A model generated the notes under the pieces. That model was not told where the DNA came from. It worked only from the letters and a program-made list of their open reading frames with translations, and ran no database searches. From the NCBI RefSeq assembly GCF_006345805.1, contig NC_042997.1, positions 19,592,001-19,656,000 of the forward strand: a stretch of 64,000 nt of DNA, given 5' to 3'. The stretch's first letter is position 1, and each line of letters starts with the position of its first letter. The stretch is from Octopus sinensis (Eukaryota). A program made the translations under genes and the position numbers. Positions 62,690 through 64,000 of the stretch are shown piece after piece.

Positions 62690-64000
62690 ATGTATGCATA
62701 CATACCCACACACTCGCATGCATCCCTACCCACATACATACACGCACACCTACTCACACACACACATACACACACATACCTGCACACACACCAAACATAC
62801 ATACATACACATACATACCTACTTCAGACATACACAACACAGACATACACCCATACACTCACACTCACACGCATACACACAACACATACACACGCACACG
62901 TACACATAACACACACACACCTACATACATACATTACTTGTATACACACACACTTACATTCATACACACACACACCTACACAGCCATACCCTCACTCAGA
63001 CACACACATCTACCTACACACACACACAAACACACACGGACACACACCCATACATACATACATCTACACACACACACGCCTACACACATACATACACACA
63101 TACATAAACACACACACATACACATATACACACATACGCACACACACATATACTTATACACATGCACACACACACACATACATACATACACCCATATACA
63201 TACACACACACATACCCACATACTCCTATACGCACATACATACACAGACATACACACATACACACTCACACAAACATACACACACACATACTTACACACA
63301 CACTCACCTGCACGCGCACACACATGCATGACAAACACCCATACACTCACACTCACATACGCACACACCAACATAAACACGCACACGCACACGCACACAC
63401 ACACCTACACTCCCACACACATACACACGCACCTACATACACACACGCACGCATACACACGCATACACACATACATTACACACGTACACACACACCTACA
63501 TACACATGCATACACACCACACACACAAACATGCACGGACACACCCAGACATACACACATACACCTATATACACACGCCCACACACTACATACACACACA
63601 TATACACACGCCCACACACCTACATACACACACATACATACACACACATACACGGACACACCCATACATACTTACATACATACACCTATACACACACGCC
63701 TACACACCTACATACACACACATGCATACACACACACACACATGTACGCACACACACACACATATACGCACATACATATATACCCACACACATGCACACA
63801 CACACACACATACGCACATGCATGCACATGCACACGCGCACACCTACACGCATACACACACACACACGCACGTACACATACATACATACACACACGCATA
63901 CATACACCCATACACATACATGCATCCTACCACACATACATTACACACTCACACATACATACACACACACACACTCACTCACACACCTGTATGTACGCGC
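62690..64000. repeat. Long cryptic (CA)n/(CATA)n simple-sequence tract
   Basis: More than 1.3 kb of degenerate CA repeat running to the window end; source of the H/T and C/V ORFs. Confidence 0.95.

Noticed and set aside
62126-63937. Long ORFs (up to 237 aa) rich in H/T or C/V
   Set aside because: Translations of the CA-repeat tract and the suspect GC-rich island.

Overview
AT-rich eukaryotic (metazoan) genomic DNA, most likely an octopus or other coleoid cephalopod. This is inferred from the very dense (TA)n/(CA)n/(AAT)n microsatellites and from recurring SINE/RTE families I associate with Octopus genomes; no search was run. The window is almost entirely intronic or intergenic. It holds many SINE copies (about 4 families), 3' fragments of RTE and R4/Dong-like (REL-endonuclease) non-LTR retrotransposons, decayed Jockey/CR1-like RT fragments, three mariner elements (two nested), nested piggyBac-type MITEs and Penelope-like element (PLE) remnants including a GIY-YIG endonuclease. 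Only one convincing host-gene-like exon was found (34903-35096, minus strand, product unidentified). Nearly all ORFs in the supplied track are microsatellite or TE artefacts. The most interesting signal is a set of type I hammerhead ribozyme (HHR) motifs. One is a near-canonical HHR (60190-60269) at the junction of a ~329-bp head-to-tail repeat whose first unit begins exactly at the predicted cleavage site, which is a retrozyme/circRNA-like architecture. Two more are mirror-image HHRs in a perfect 207-bp-arm fold-back palindrome (4231-4655). Four decayed HHR relics are also present, and several fold-back structures cluster at 59.5-61.3 kb. All folds were paired by eye; none were computed.
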